A stretch of 63,317 nucleotides of DNA, filler included, from Actinomycetota bacterium (GTDB lineage: Bacteria > Actinomycetota > CADDZG01 > JAHWKV01 > JAOPZY01), in the NCBI GenBank assembly GCA_025963875.1. It is 6 parts of 6 records of this genome, joined end to end, with 100 filler letters (N's around TTAATTAATTAA, not from the genome) between each part and the next. Parts side by side here need not be neighbours in the genome. Positions count along the whole stretch, not along the records: positions 28,597 to 38,013 come from JAOPZY010000046.1; positions 38,114 to 51,397 come from JAOPZY010000096.1; 4 more parts are not named here. One strand, given 5' to 3'. Below the pieces are notes generated by a model. It saw nothing but the letters and a program-made list of their open reading frames with translations, had not been told where the DNA came from and did not search any database. Shown piece by piece: positions 28,597 to 38,447 of this stretch; position 1 is the stretch's first letter, and the number at the start of each line of letters is the position of its first letter. The translations under genes and the position numbers were made by a program.

Positions 28597-29934
28597 TTCC
28601 TCATGCCCGCCGCCGCCCACACCGAGAAGGACGGCACGCTGACGAACACCCAGCGCCTCCTGCAGTTCCACCACCAGGCGGTCGAGCCTCCGGGCGACGC
28701 CCGCTCGGACCTCTGGTTCTACTACCACCTGGGCAGGATCCTCCGGGAGAAGCTGCGGGCGTCGACCTCGGAGCGGGAGGCACCGCTGCGGGATCTCACC
28801 TGGGACTACCCGACGAAGGCGCCCATCGCCGAGCCCAGCGCCGAGGCCGTGCTCCGGGAAATGAACGGTTGGGATGCAACCGGGCGGGCGCTCAGCACCT
28901 TCACGCAACTGAAGACCGACGGGTCGACCTCCTGCGGTTGCTGGATCTACTGCGGGTGCTACGCGGACGAGGTCAACCAGACGGCTCGCCGCAAACCGGG
29001 GTCGCAGCAGTCCTGGGTGGCGCCGGAGTGGGGCTGGGCCTGGCCGGCAAACCGCCGCACCCTCTACAACCGGGCCTCCGCGGACCCGGAGGGAAACCCG
29101 TGGTCGGAGCGGAAGCGCTACGTTTGGTGGGATGCGGAGAAGAAGGAGTGGACCGGCCACGACGTGCCGGACTTCAAGAAGACCATGCCGCCGGACTACG
29201 AGCCCCCGCCCGGCGCCAAGGCAGAGGATGCCTTGCGAGGCTCGGAGCCGTTCGTACTGCAGTCCGACGGCGTCGGCTGGCTCTACGTGCCCCGTGGGCT
29301 GAAGGACGGACCCATGCCGGCCCACTACGAGCCCGAGGAGTCCCCCTTCGAGAATGCCCTCTACCGCCAGGACGCAAATCCCGTGCGCCAGCGGATCGAT
29401 CGCCCGGGCAACCGGTACGCCCCCTCGGGGACGTCGCCCGGCTCGCGGGTGTACCCTTTCGTCTTCACGACCTACCGCCTCACCGAGCATCACACCGCCG
29501 GGGGCATGTCCCGGACCCTGCACTACCTGTCCGAGTTGCAACCCGAGATGTTCTGCGAGGTGAGCCCCGACCTTGCCCGCCTCCGGGGGCTCACCCACGG
29601 CGGCTGGGCCACGGTCATCACCCCCCGGACCGCCATCGAGGCGCGGGTGCTGGTGACGGAGCGGATGGCGCCGCTGCGGGTCCGGGACGAAGTCGTGCAC
29701 CAGGTGGGCCTGCCCTACCACTGGGGCACGCGGGGCCTCGTGACGGGGGACTCGGCGAACGATCTCGCCTCGATCGTGATGGACCCCAACGTCCACATCC
29801 AGGACAGCAAGGCGGCAACCTGCGACATCCGGCCGGGCCGGCGCCCGCGCGGCCCGGCGCTGCTGGCCATGGTCGAGGAGTACCGAGTGCTGGCGGGCCT
29901 CCCCGCCGACCACGACCAGGCCACACGGGCATGA
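28597..29934 (+). CDS. formate dehydrogenase major subunit (FdnG/FdoG-like), C-terminal part
   Basis: PAAAHTEKDGTLTNTQRLLQ, DGSTSCGCWIYCG, WAWPANRRTLYNRASAD, TTYRLTEHH, LPYHWG. Confidence 0.92.
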   Translation, partial: FLMPAAAHTEKDGTLTNTQRLLQFHHQAVEPPGDARSDLWFYYHLGRILREKLRASTSEREAPLRDLTWDYPTKAPIAEPSAEAVLREMNGWDATGRALSTFTQLKTDGSTSCGCWIYCGCYADEVNQTARRKPGSQQSWVAPEWGWAWPANRRTLYNRASADPEGNPWSERKRYVWWDAEKKEWTGHDVPDFKKTMPPDYEPPPGAKAEDALRGSEPFVLQSDGVGWLYVPRGLKDGPMPAHYEPEESPFENALYRQDANPVRQRIDRPGNRYAPSGTSPGSRVYPFVFTTYRLTEHHTAGGMSRTLHYLSELQPEMFCEVSPDLARLRGLTHGGWATVITPRTAIEARVLVTERMAPLRVRDEVVHQVGLPYHWGTRGLVTGDSANDLASIVMDPNVHIQDSKAATCDIRPGRRPRGPALLAMVEEYRVLAGLPADHDQATRA

Positions 29935-30743
29935 GCGCGGCCGACCCCGCAGCCATCGCGGGATGGGAAGCCCACCCGCCGCGGATGGGGTTCTTCACCG
30001 ACACCAGCGTCTGCATCGGCTGCAAGGCCTGCGAGGTGGCGTGCAAGGAGTGGAACAACGTCCCCGAGGACGGCCTCGCATGGCTGGGCCTGTCCTACGA
30101 CAACACCGGGTCGCTCGGGGCGAGCACCTGGCGCCACGTCGCCTTTATCGAGCAGCCTCAGGCTGGACAGGATCATGGCATCCGCTGGCTCATGAGCTCC
30201 GATGTCTGCAAGCACTGCACCTCCGCCGCCTGCCTCGAGGTCTGCCCCACCGGGTCGCTGATCCGCACCGAGTTCGGGACCGTGGTGGTGCAGCAGGACA
30301 TCTGCAACGGCTGCGGCTACTGCGTCTCCGCCTGCCCCTTCGGTGTCATCGACCGCCGGGAGGAGGACGGCCGGGTCTGGAAGTGCACCCTCTGCTACGA
30401 CCGCCTCAAGGACGACCTCACTCCAGCCTGCGCCAAGGCGTGCCCAACCGAGTCCATCCAGTTCGGCCCCCTCCTCGAGCTGCGCACCCGCGCGGAGCAG
30501 CGGGTCGACTCGCTGCAGGCACAGGGGGAGACCGGAGCGCGGCTGTACGGCGCCGACCCCTCCGACGGAGTGGGGGGCACCGGCGCCTTCTTCCTCCTCC
30601 TCGACGATCCCGAGGTCTACGGCCTGCCGCCCAAGCCGGCGAGCACCACCCGGGACCTGCCGTCGATGTGGAAGTCGGCGGCGATGGCGGCACTGTCGCT
30701 CACGGCCGGTGTGGCCGCAGCGTTCCTCGGCCGCAGGCGGTGA
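29931..30743 (+). CDS. formate dehydrogenase iron-sulfur subunit (4x[4Fe-4S])
   Basis: CIGCKACEVAC, CKHC...CLEVCP, CNGCGYCVSACP, KCTLCYDR...CAKACP; C-terminal hydrophobic anchor. Confidence 0.92.
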   Translation: MSAADPAAIAGWEAHPPRMGFFTDTSVCIGCKACEVACKEWNNVPEDGLAWLGLSYDNTGSLGASTWRHVAFIEQPQAGQDHGIRWLMSSDVCKHCTSAACLEVCPTGSLIRTEFGTVVVQQDICNGCGYCVSACPFGVIDRREEDGRVWKCTLCYDRLKDDLTPACAKACPTESIQFGPLLELRTRAEQRVDSLQAQGETGARLYGADPSDGVGGTGAFFLLLDDPEVYGLPPKPASTTRDLPSMWKSAAMAALSLTAGVAAAFLGRRR

Positions 30744-31672
30744 GCCCACGCCGGGGAGGAGCCCGGGAGGCGGCGATGGTGCCCGACGCCGAGGTCCGCA
30801 CCTATTACGACAGGCCCATCCTCAAGCAGCCGGTGTGGACGTGGTTGGTCCCCGCCTACTTCTTCACGGGCGGACTCGCCGCCGGGTCCGCGATGCTGGC
30901 CGCCGGCGCGCGCCTTACCGGCAACCGGCGCCTGGCCCGCCAGAGCCGCCTCGTCGCCCTGGGCGCCCTCGGCGCCAGCACGGCGCTGCTCATCAAAGAC
31001 CTGGGTCGCCCGGGCCGGTTCTACAACATGTTCCGGGTCCTCAAGCCCACGAGCCCGATGAGCATCGGCTCGTGGGCGCTCGGCGCCTTCGGCAGCGCGG
31101 CCGCCGCCGGGATGGCGAGCGACGTCCTCGACGTCCTGCCTGGGCTTGGCGCTCTTGCGGACATGGCCGCCGGCGGCATCGCACCGGCGGTGGCCACCTA
31201 CACGGCGGTCCTCCTCGCCGACACGGCGGTGCCGGCGTGGCACGAGGCCCGCCACGAGCTGCCGTTCGTCTTCGCCGCGAGCGCGGCAGCGAGCGCCGGC
31301 GGGGTCGCCGTCGCCCTCACTCCCCCCTCGGAGGCAGGCCCCGCCCGGCGGGTGCTGGGGGCGGGGGCACTGGCCGAGCTGGCCGCGGTGGAGGCCCTCC
31401 ACCGGCGCCTCGGACCCGAGCTCGCAGCAACCTACGAGCAGGGCCTCGCCGGCACGCTGGGCACCTGGTCGAAGGCCCTGACGGCGGTGGGGGCCGTCAC
31501 CGCGGTGGCGGGAGGCCGCCGCTTCCGTCCCCTCGCAGTCGCCGGGGGCCTGGCCACCGCAGCGGGCGGCGCGGTGCTCCGCTTTGCCATCTTCGAGGCC
31601 GGCAAGGCGGCGGCCAGGGACCCGAAGTATGTGGTAGGCCCCCAGCGCCGTGAGGCCGGGGTCGGAGGTTAG
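30740..31672 (+). CDS. NrfD/PsrC-family membrane anchor subunit
   Basis: YYDRPILKQPVW, YFFTGG, DLGRPGRF.NMFRV.K.TSPMS.GSW, YTAVLL, PAW. Confidence 0.88.
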   Translation: MSPRRGGAREAAMVPDAEVRTYYDRPILKQPVWTWLVPAYFFTGGLAAGSAMLAAGARLTGNRRLARQSRLVALGALGASTALLIKDLGRPGRFYNMFRVLKPTSPMSIGSWALGAFGSAAAAGMASDVLDVLPGLGALADMAAGGIAPAVATYTAVLLADTAVPAWHEARHELPFVFAASAAASAGGVAVALTPPSEAGPARRVLGAGALAELAAVEALHRRLGPELAATYEQGLAGTLGTWSKALTAVGAVTAVAGGRRFRPLAVAGGLATAAGGAVLRFAIFEAGKAAARDPKYVVGPQRREAGVGG

Positions 31673-31829
31673 ACGCCTTTCGCGCGCATGTGCGCGCTGC
31701 GCTCCTAACTTAACTGCGTCTTCGCCGGCTACGAGCCGTGGTGCGGCGAGATCGCCCACCGCCCGCCGGGAGGCTGGTGGCCGACAAGCCCGGGACGACC
31801 AAAGCTACGCCATCGAGAGCGCCCGCCCC

Positions 31830-31937
31830 AACATCCGGACCCACGCCGCCGACGAGGCGTTGCGACTGGTGCCGCCCCGCCAGATGTCGCTCGAGCAGGT
31901 CGAGATCACGCCGGCGAACATCCGCCTGCACAAGCGG
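31830..31937 (+). pseudogene. relic of the TypA/BipA GTPase C-terminus
   Basis: NIRTHAADEALRLVPPRQMSLEQ-VEITPANIRLHKR resembles the TypA tail with the ~10-aa ALEFI..DEL segment missing; no GTPase domain upstream. Confidence 0.6.
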
Positions 31938-32004
31938 GAGCCCGGCGAGAAACATTTCCCCACCTTAAAAAACCCTGGAGGAACTGTCAGTACCCGCCGT
32001 TAAT

Positions 32005-32053
32005 CTTCTTTGTGTGAATACCTCTCATAATGGCAGTTTTTCACACAAATAAG
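32005..32053. repeat. 49-bp AT-rich imperfect palindrome
   Basis: CTTCTTTGTGTGAA / TTCACACAAATAAG (13 of 14 positions complementary). Confidence 0.65.
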
Positions 32054-32098
32054 CTCAGCTAGGGTGGCCGGCCAGCCGGCAGTTCGGCCTTCTGAGGC

Positions 32099-32320
32099 GT
32101 GACCAACTCCTCGAGGCCGGCGTGGGCCCGGCGGCGATCCCAGTACCGGCTCGGTTCCGGCACGCTCGTGTCGGTTCACCCCGGCGTCTACCGGTTGCAG
32201 GGCGCCCCGAGTTCGTGGGAACAGAGGCTCAAGGCCGCCCAGCTGTGGGCCGGGCCGTCGTCAGCGATAACTAACAAAGGTCGCGGCCACATGGACCCTA
32301 CGGGTTCGCGTAGGAAGTAG
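32099..32320 (+). pseudogene. fragment of an AbiEi-antitoxin/DUF559-type gene
   Basis: YRLGSGTLVSVHPGVYRLQGAPSSWEQRLKAAQLWAGP resembles the N-terminal region of actinobacterial AbiEi-like proteins; only 73 codons. Confidence 0.55.
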
Positions 32321-32323
32321 GCG

Positions 32324-34609
32324 ATGCCTTCCAGGCCCGGCGATTCCGGCGGCGAGCAGGGTAGACGTCAGGGCGTGAGCTCTCCTCCAACGCACGGCAC
32401 CGAGGCACCCGCAATCCCACCGCCGAGCGGGCGGCTGCGCCGGCTGCTGCTCGGACCTCCGCTGCCGACGCACAAGGAGAGCGAGGAACGCCTCTCCAAC
32501 CCCATGGCGCTGGCCATCCTGTCCAGCGACGCCCTGTCCTCGGTTGCCTACGCCACCGAGGAGATGCTGCGGATCCTGCTCCCCGTCGCCGGCCTCGCCG
32601 CCTTCACGCTGAGCCTGCCCATCGGCGGGGCGATCATCATCCTGCTCCTGCTGCTGATGTTCTCGTACCGCCAGACGATCCAGGCCTACCCCAACGCCGG
32701 CGGCGCCTACATCGTCACCAAGGACAACTTCGGGCTGCTCCCCGCCCAGTTCGCCGGCGTCTCCCTCCTGCTCGACTACATCATGACCGTGGCCGTCAGC
32801 ATCGCCGCCGCCGTGGCTGCCATGTACTCGTACTTCCCCGCCCTGTACCCCTTCCGGCTGCTGATCGCCATTGCGCTCATCTGGATGGTGACCTGGGGCA
32901 ACCTGCGCGGCGTCCGGGCCACCGGCAAGCTGTTCGCCGCGCCCACCTATGTCTTCCTCGCATCCATCGGGAGCCTCGTCGCCGCCGGGGTCTGGGCCGC
33001 CCTACGTGGGCATCTCCACGCCCTGCCCCCGCCGCCGGGCGCGACGCTGCGCACGACCGGCGCCGTCGGGTGGCTGCTGATCCTGCACGCCTACGCGAGC
33101 GGCACGACCGCGCTCACCGGCGTCGAGGCCATCTCCAACGGCATCTCGGTGTTCCGCCCGGTCGAGTGGCGCAACGCCCGCAAGGTGCTGATGTGGATGG
33201 GGACGATCCTGGCGCTGAGCTTCGGGTCCATCACCGTCCTCGCCTGGAAACTCCATCCCGTCCCCACCGACCGCAAGACGCTCGTCAGCGAGGTGGGGGC
33301 GGCGCTGTTCGGCCCCGGCATGGCAGGCCGTATCGCCCTTCTGGTCCTCCAGGTAGCGACCACCGGCATCCTGGTGCTCGCCGCCAACACGTCGTTCTCC
33401 GACTTCCCCCGCCTCGCACGCTTCCACGCCGGCGACGGGTACCTGCCCCGCCCCCTCATGCGCCGGGGCAGCCGGCTCGTGTTCTCGACCGGCATCCTGG
33501 CGCTCGCCACACTGGCCACGGTGGTCCTGCTGGTGGTCGGCGCCGACGTCCACCGGCTCATCCCGCTCTACGCCGTGGGGGTGTTCGCCTCCTTCACGTT
33601 CTCCCAGGCGGGGATGACCCGGCGCCACTGGCGCCTGCGTGAGCCGGGGTGGCGCCACGGCCTCGCCATCAACGCCGCCGGCTCTGTCGGCAGCGGCCTG
33701 GCGCTGGTCGCCATCCTGGTGACCAAGTTCACCCACGGCGCCTGGGTGGTGGCCATCGTCGTCCCTGCCGGGGTCGGCCTCTTCGTCGGCATCCACCGTC
33801 ATTACGAGCGGGCAGATGCGTGGCTGTCGGCGCCAGGCACCGGCCGGGCCGTCTGGCGGCGTCTCCGGATCCTGGTCACGGGGAACCGCCACGACGTCGC
33901 ACTGGCCGACGCCGCCGTCAGCTACGCCCGGCGCATGGCGGCAAGCGAGGAGGCGGTGGAGCAGGTGGTCGGCCGCCTGGAGGCCCGCGGGCTCCTCGAC
34001 CACGCCGGCGAAGGGACGTTGACGCTGCTCGTGCTGCCCCACTGGCCGGGTTCGCCGGCAGCCGTCCCCTGGCTGGCGGACCAGACCCTGCGGTGGAAGG
34101 CCCTGCGCCGTCCCGACACCGCGGTCGCCTCGCTGACCCTCGAACGGGGCGGCAGGATCAGCGAAGGAGACCGGCACATCGCCGTGGTAGTCGTGGGGCG
34201 GCCCGACGGGCTCGCCCGGCGTGGCCTCGCCGTCGCGAACGCCCTCGGCCCGGACGAGGTCCATGCCCTCTATGTCGAGGTCGAGCCCGACGAGACCGGT
34301 GGCGTCCTGGAGGAGTGGAGCCACAGCGATCTGGGCATCGAGCCGGAGGTCGTGCCGGCCCCCTACCGGGAACTCGGGAGCCCGGTCAGGGCGAGGATCG
34401 AGGAACTCCGGCGCGGCACCCACGCCGTCGTGTCGGTGGTCGCTCCCCGGCTGGCCCTGCGCTGGTGGCAGCGCCCCCTCTACGAAAACAGCACCAGGGC
34501 ATTGCGCAAGGCCCTGGCCGGCGCCGGCACCACCGCCCTCGTCGAATCCCGGCTCCCCCTGGCCATCCCCGAGGCCATCCCTGAGGAGGTCAGGTCCTCG
34601 CAGCGCTGA
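32324..34609 (+). CDS. APC-family permease, KimA/YdaO-like
   Basis: LAILSSDALSSVAYATEE, SYRQTIQAYPNAGGAY, ALTGVEAISNG, ANTSFSDFPRL, LIPLYAVGVF, PYRE. Confidence 0.88.
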   Translation: MPSRPGDSGGEQGRRQGVSSPPTHGTEAPAIPPPSGRLRRLLLGPPLPTHKESEERLSNPMALAILSSDALSSVAYATEEMLRILLPVAGLAAFTLSLPIGGAIIILLLLLMFSYRQTIQAYPNAGGAYIVTKDNFGLLPAQFAGVSLLLDYIMTVAVSIAAAVAAMYSYFPALYPFRLLIAIALIWMVTWGNLRGVRATGKLFAAPTYVFLASIGSLVAAGVWAALRGHLHALPPPPGATLRTTGAVGWLLILHAYASGTTALTGVEAISNGISVFRPVEWRNARKVLMWMGTILALSFGSITVLAWKLHPVPTDRKTLVSEVGAALFGPGMAGRIALLVLQVATTGILVLAANTSFSDFPRLARFHAGDGYLPRPLMRRGSRLVFSTGILALATLATVVLLVVGADVHRLIPLYAVGVFASFTFSQAGMTRRHWRLREPGWRHGLAINAAGSVGSGLALVAILVTKFTHGAWVVAIVVPAGVGLFVGIHRHYERADAWLSAPGTGRAVWRRLRILVTGNRHDVALADAAVSYARRMAASEEAVEQVVGRLEARGLLDHAGEGTLTLLVLPHWPGSPAAVPWLADQTLRWKALRRPDTAVASLTLERGGRISEGDRHIAVVVVGRPDGLARRGLAVANALGPDEVHALYVEVEPDETGGVLEEWSHSDLGIEPEVVPAPYRELGSPVRARIEELRRGTHAVVSVVAPRLALRWWQRPLYENSTRALRKALAGAGTTALVESRLPLAIPEAIPEEVRSSQR

Positions 34610-35552
34610 GCGGCAGGAGCTCCCGCTCGAAGAAGCCGAAGAAGCCTTCCTGGTCGGGGCCGATCTGGTGGACCGACAGCTGGTCGAAGCCGGCCTCCGC
34701 GTAGGTGCGGATGGCGGTGGCATAGGCCTCGGGATCCGGACCGCAGACCACCACCCGCGCCACGTCCTCCTCCCGCAGCGGCTCGGCCGCCTGCTCGAAA
34801 TAGGTCGGCAGGGCGAGTTCCTGGCCGAGCTGGCCCGGGATGGCGGCGTTCGGCCACACGGCGTGCGCGAGCCGGCGGGCGTCGGCCTCCGATGCTGCCC
34901 AGCAGACGTGGACCTGGCCGATGCAGGGCTTGCCCCTCCCGCCCGCTTCGTGGAACCGCAGGACCGTCCCCTCCTGCGGAGCCACGGCGATGAGGCCGTC
35001 GCCGATCTTTCCGGCGAGCTGGGACGAGGCAGGGCCGGCCGCAGCGACGTAGATCGGCGGAGGCTCTGCGGGAAGGGTGTAGATCCGGGCGTTCTCCACG
35101 GTGTAGTAGCGGCCGTGGTGGGAGTGCAGGCCGCCCTGCCAGAGCAGCCGGATCACCGAGGCCGCCTCCTCCAGCATCTCGCGGCGAATGGCGACGGGAG
35201 GCCATCGCTGCCCGGTCACGTGTTCGTTGAGGTTCTCGCCCGTACCCAGGCCGAGGAAGAAGCGGTCGCCGAACATCGCGGCGGCGGTCGCTGCGGCCTG
35301 CGCCACGATGGCGGGGTGGGTCCGGATGAGCGGGCAGGTGACCGCGGTGCCCACGCGCAGCGTGCTGGTCGTGGCTGCGATGCCGCCGAGGACGCCCCAG
35401 ACGAACGGGCTCTGCCCTTGCGCATCGGTCCACGGGTGGAAGTGGTCGGCGATGGTGGCGAATCCGAAGCCAACCTCCTCGGCACGGGCCGCAAGCCGCA
35501 CCAGGGTGCTGGCGTCGTGTTCCTCGCTGGAGAGGTGGTAGCCCAACCGCAT
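34590..35552 (-). CDS. F420-dependent LLM-class oxidoreductase (G6PDH-like)
   Basis: GYHLSSEEH, DHFHPW, GTAVTCP, GLGTGENLNEH. Confidence 0.9.
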   Translation of the reverse strand: MRLGYHLSSEEHDASTLVRLAARAEEVGFGFATIADHFHPWTDAQGQSPFVWGVLGGIAATTSTLRVGTAVTCPLIRTHPAIVAQAAATAAAMFGDRFFLGLGTGENLNEHVTGQRWPPVAIRREMLEEAASVIRLLWQGGLHSHHGRYYTVENARIYTLPAEPPPIYVAAAGPASSQLAGKIGDGLIAVAPQEGTVLRFHEAGGRGKPCIGQVHVCWAASEADARRLAHAVWPNAAIPGQLGQELALPTYFEQAAEPLREEDVARVVVCGPDPEAYATAIRTYAEAGFDQLSVHQIGPDQEGFFGFFERELLPLSAART

Positions 35553-35636
35553 GAGACTTAAGCGCTACCCGGGCCCGGCACCCCCAAACGAGAACCGCAT
35601 GCATGCACACGGTTCTCGAGCGGTAATACTGACAGG

Positions 35637-35969
35637 GTGCCCAGTCCGTATGGCCGCAACCTCCACCTGGAACCCGGTATCTCCGGGCTCGACCTGGCCG
35701 CCGCGCTCGTGGGATGGCTCCAAAGGGAGTGCGGTGCGGTGGCGGGTGAGTACGACCTCGAGGGGAATGTCGTCAGCATCCCGCTGCAGGTGCGGGCCGG
35801 CCGGGTCGTCTCCGCCGGGACGTGGCTCCACGCGAGGCTCACGAGGGCACGCTCGGAAGAACTGTTCACGACCGCCGAGGAGCTGTTCCGGCGTTTCGAG
35901 GCCCGCCACCACCGGATCCGCGCCCTCCTGGCGGAGGCACGCGAACTGTGCGCTCCGCGGGCGCCCTAG
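35637..35969 (+). CDS. hypothetical protein
   Basis: 110-codon ORF with GC3-rich codons, directly upstream of the GT2 gene. Confidence 0.4.
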   Translation: MPSPYGRNLHLEPGISGLDLAAALVGWLQRECGAVAGEYDLEGNVVSIPLQVRAGRVVSAGTWLHARLTRARSEELFTTAEELFRRFEARHHRIRALLAEARELCAPRAP

Positions 35970-35986
35970 ACCTGGCTGAGCAGCGT

Positions 35987-36844
35987 ATGCGGCCGTGCCG
36001 GGTTTCCGTCGTCGTCATCACCCGTGACCGTGGGGACGAGGCGGCCAGGACCGCCGCCCTGCTGGCGACCCTGCCCGAGCGCCCGGCGGTCATCGTCGTC
36101 GACAACGGATCAACAGACGGAACGCCGGACCGGGTGCGGTCGCTGGCGCCGAGCGCCGCCGTGCTCGAGGCGGGACGCAACCTCGGTGGTGCAGCCCGCA
36201 ACGCCGGTGTGGCCCACGCGAGCACGCCCTACGTCGCGTTCAGCGACGACGACTCGTGGTGGGCGCCCGGGTCGCTCGCCAGGGCGACCGCCCTGCTGGA
36301 CGACCATCCTTCCGTGGGCCTGATCTGTGCCCGCGTGCTGCTCGGGCCTGAGGAGCGGTTGGACCCGATCTGCCGCATCATGGCGGCGAGCCCCCTCCCC
36401 CGCCCCGACGGCATGCCGGGACCCTGCCTGGCCGGCTTCGTGGCCTGCGCCAGCGTCGTGCGGCGCGGGGCGTTCCTCGAGGCCGGCGGGTTCGACCAGC
36501 GGCTGGGGGTAGGCGGCGAAGAGGAACTCCTCGCCATCGACCTCCTCAGCCGCGGGTGGCATCTCGTCTACGCCGACGAGATCGTGGCCCACCACCATCC
36601 CTCGAAGGTGCGCAGCCGGACGCTGCGACGATCCAATCTCACTCGCAACGCGCTCTGGACCGCATGGCTGCGGCGACCTGCCTTCCCGGCCCTGGGGGCC
36701 AGCTGCCGGCTGGGATGGGCCGCCCTGCAGGACCCGCCGGAGCGCCGCGGCCTCGCCGCGGCAGTGGCCGGCGCCGGGTGGGTGGCTCGGCAGCGCAGGG
36801 TGATCGGCCCCGGGGTCGAAGCCCAGCTCAGGTTGCTGAGCTGA
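35987..36844 (+). CDS. glycosyltransferase family 2
   Basis: VSVVVITRDR, VVDNGSTD, ARNAG, AFSDDDSWW, GGEEELL. Confidence 0.9.
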   Translation: MRPCRVSVVVITRDRGDEAARTAALLATLPERPAVIVVDNGSTDGTPDRVRSLAPSAAVLEAGRNLGGAARNAGVAHASTPYVAFSDDDSWWAPGSLARATALLDDHPSVGLICARVLLGPEERLDPICRIMAASPLPRPDGMPGPCLAGFVACASVVRRGAFLEAGGFDQRLGVGGEEELLAIDLLSRGWHLVYADEIVAHHHPSKVRSRTLRRSNLTRNALWTAWLRRPAFPALGASCRLGWAALQDPPERRGLAAAVAGAGWVARQRRVIGPGVEAQLRLLS

Positions 36845-37457
36845 GTTCGTCCAGAGGGAGATCGAGCTCGATCCACACGGGTGACGGCAGTTCGGCCTCG
36901 CCTGGCGCGCGCGGGCCTCCGTGGCCCTCCGACAATTCGATGCGAATGGCCCGGGGCAGCACCTGGAGGCGGATGCCGACGGGCTGGTCCGAGAAGGGAC
37001 GACCCTCCCGGACGCTGCTGCTCACGAGCTCGCTGGCAAGGAGGATGGCCTTCTGGAGCAGCTCCGGCGGCAGGCTTTCCGGCTGCCGGAAGGGCTCCGG
37101 GAGGAGACTGGCCGGCGCGGCGGCCTCGACCGCGGAGGCGGGAACGTCGCACGTGGGATGGGTGCCGTTCGGTCCGAACCGCCGCAGGACGCTCCAGCGG
37201 GTCGTCCCCATCGCGCGCGCAATCTCGTCCCAGGAGTGGCGCCCTCTGGCGGACCGGGCCTCTGCCACGGCACCCTCCTCCAGGGTCTCGATGAGGGCAC
37301 GGACGTTGCGAACTGCCGTCAAGCGCTGCATGGGATCGCGTGACTCGAGGTCATCGAAGTCTCCACGGAGCCGCGACTGCCCTGTCTCCTCGCCCACACC
37401 CGCCTCTCCCATTCGGGCCGCACCGATCTCCCGGTGCGGCCTCTCAGTATGTGGCAT
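36828..37457 (-). CDS. HTH domain fused to a degenerate RsbW-like ATPase fragment
   Basis: AVAEARS..HSWDEIARAMGTTRWSVLRRF (HTH); AILLASELVSSSVRE...IRIELSEG...VWIEL. Confidence 0.5.
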   Translation of the reverse strand: MPHTERPHREIGAARMGEAGVGEETGQSRLRGDFDDLESRDPMQRLTAVRNVRALIETLEEGAVAEARSARGRHSWDEIARAMGTTRWSVLRRFGPNGTHPTCDVPASAVEAAAPASLLPEPFRQPESLPPELLQKAILLASELVSSSVREGRPFSDQPVGIRLQVLPRAIRIELSEGHGGPRAPGEAELPSPVWIELDLPLDELSSAT

Positions 37458-37714
37458 TTCGTCGCTCGGGTTAACCCCTCCAGGGGTAGGCGTTCCGGAT
37501 TCTCCGTAGGTACATTGCGTCGTGAAGTCCCACGTCCCTCCCAAGGAGGACGGTTTGCCCCCGACCCGAGCGGGTACGCAGCATTGTGGGCGAAGCCGGC
37601 CCCCGCTCCGCAACATCCGAGAGAAAAAACGAATACGTATCCCCGGCAGCCCGCGCCCCAAGGAGGCCCCCCCTGTCTTCCCGGAGATCACAACGACTGG
37701 CAGCAAACCTGGAA

Positions 37715-38013
37715 ATGCGCTCCGGCGGGGGCGACCCGTTCGCCGCCAATGGCGCCCCTCCTGCGACCGCCGCCACACCCACAACCGCGTGGAATCCCCC
37801 GACGCAGGACCTGGCCCACCAGCCCGTCACGCAGGTGCTTCAGAAGGTGACGGAGGAGTCCAAGGCCCTTATTGGTGAGGAGCTGCAGCTCGCCCGTACC
37901 GAGCTGACGTCCAAAGTCAAGACCGCCGGCAAGGGAGCCGGGCTCCTGGGTGCGGCAGCGGTCGCCGCCATCTTCGGCGCCATGGCCCTGACCGCAGCGA
38001 TCATCCTCGCCCT
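37715..38013 (+). CDS. actinobacterial holin-X/DUF1469-like membrane protein (3' end lost at contig edge)
   Basis: LIGEELQLARTEL..K.K.AGKGAGLLGAAAV. Confidence 0.75.
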
Positions 38014-38113
38014 NNNNNNNNNNNNNNNNNNNNNNNNNNNNNNNNNNNNNNNNNNNNTTAATTAATTAANNNNNNNNNNNNNNNNNNNNNNNNNNNNNNN
38101 NNNNNNNNNNNNN
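38014..38113. other. artificial contig spacer
   Basis: N44-TTAATTAATTAA-N44. Confidence 0.99.
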
Positions 38114-38433
38114 GGCGAGCACCCGACAAGCTCGGTGAAGCGGGCGCTGAAGGAGCCCAGGCTCGAGAAGCCGACGATGTGGCAGATCTCGGTGACCGTC
38201 AGGTTGGCGGAGCGGAGAAGATCCCTCGCCCGCTCGATCCTGCGCCGGGTGAGGTAGGCCCTTGGTGTCTCGCCGTAGGCATCCCGGAATGCTCGCAGGA
38301 AGTGGGAGCGGGAGTACCCGGCCTGTCGGGCCACCTGGTCGAGCGAGAGCGGCTCGGCGTAGTGGCGGTCCATGAGGTCCTTGGCGACCCGAAGGTGCGG
38401 GAGGGCTCCCGGGTACCCGAGATGTTGGTCCAC
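38114..38433 (-). CDS. short AraC-family regulator (3' end lost at contig edge)
   Basis: AKDLMDRHYAEPL, SRSHFLRAF..YGETP, RRIERARDLL, VGFSSLGSFS. Confidence 0.9.
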
Positions 38434-38447
38434 GGGAGGATGCTAGC

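Noticed and set aside
32054..32323. c-di-AMP riboswitch expected upstream of the KimA-like permease
   Set aside because: No ydaO consensus blocks seen; the region is occupied by the AbiEi-like relic.
35590..35618. GAGAACCG...CGGTTCTC inverted repeat between divergent genes
   Set aside because: Single short instance; could be an operator but no regulator or second copy supports it.
37715..38013. Holin-like gene as a prophage marker
   Set aside because: This family is a common chromosomal actinobacterial membrane protein; no phage genes nearby.
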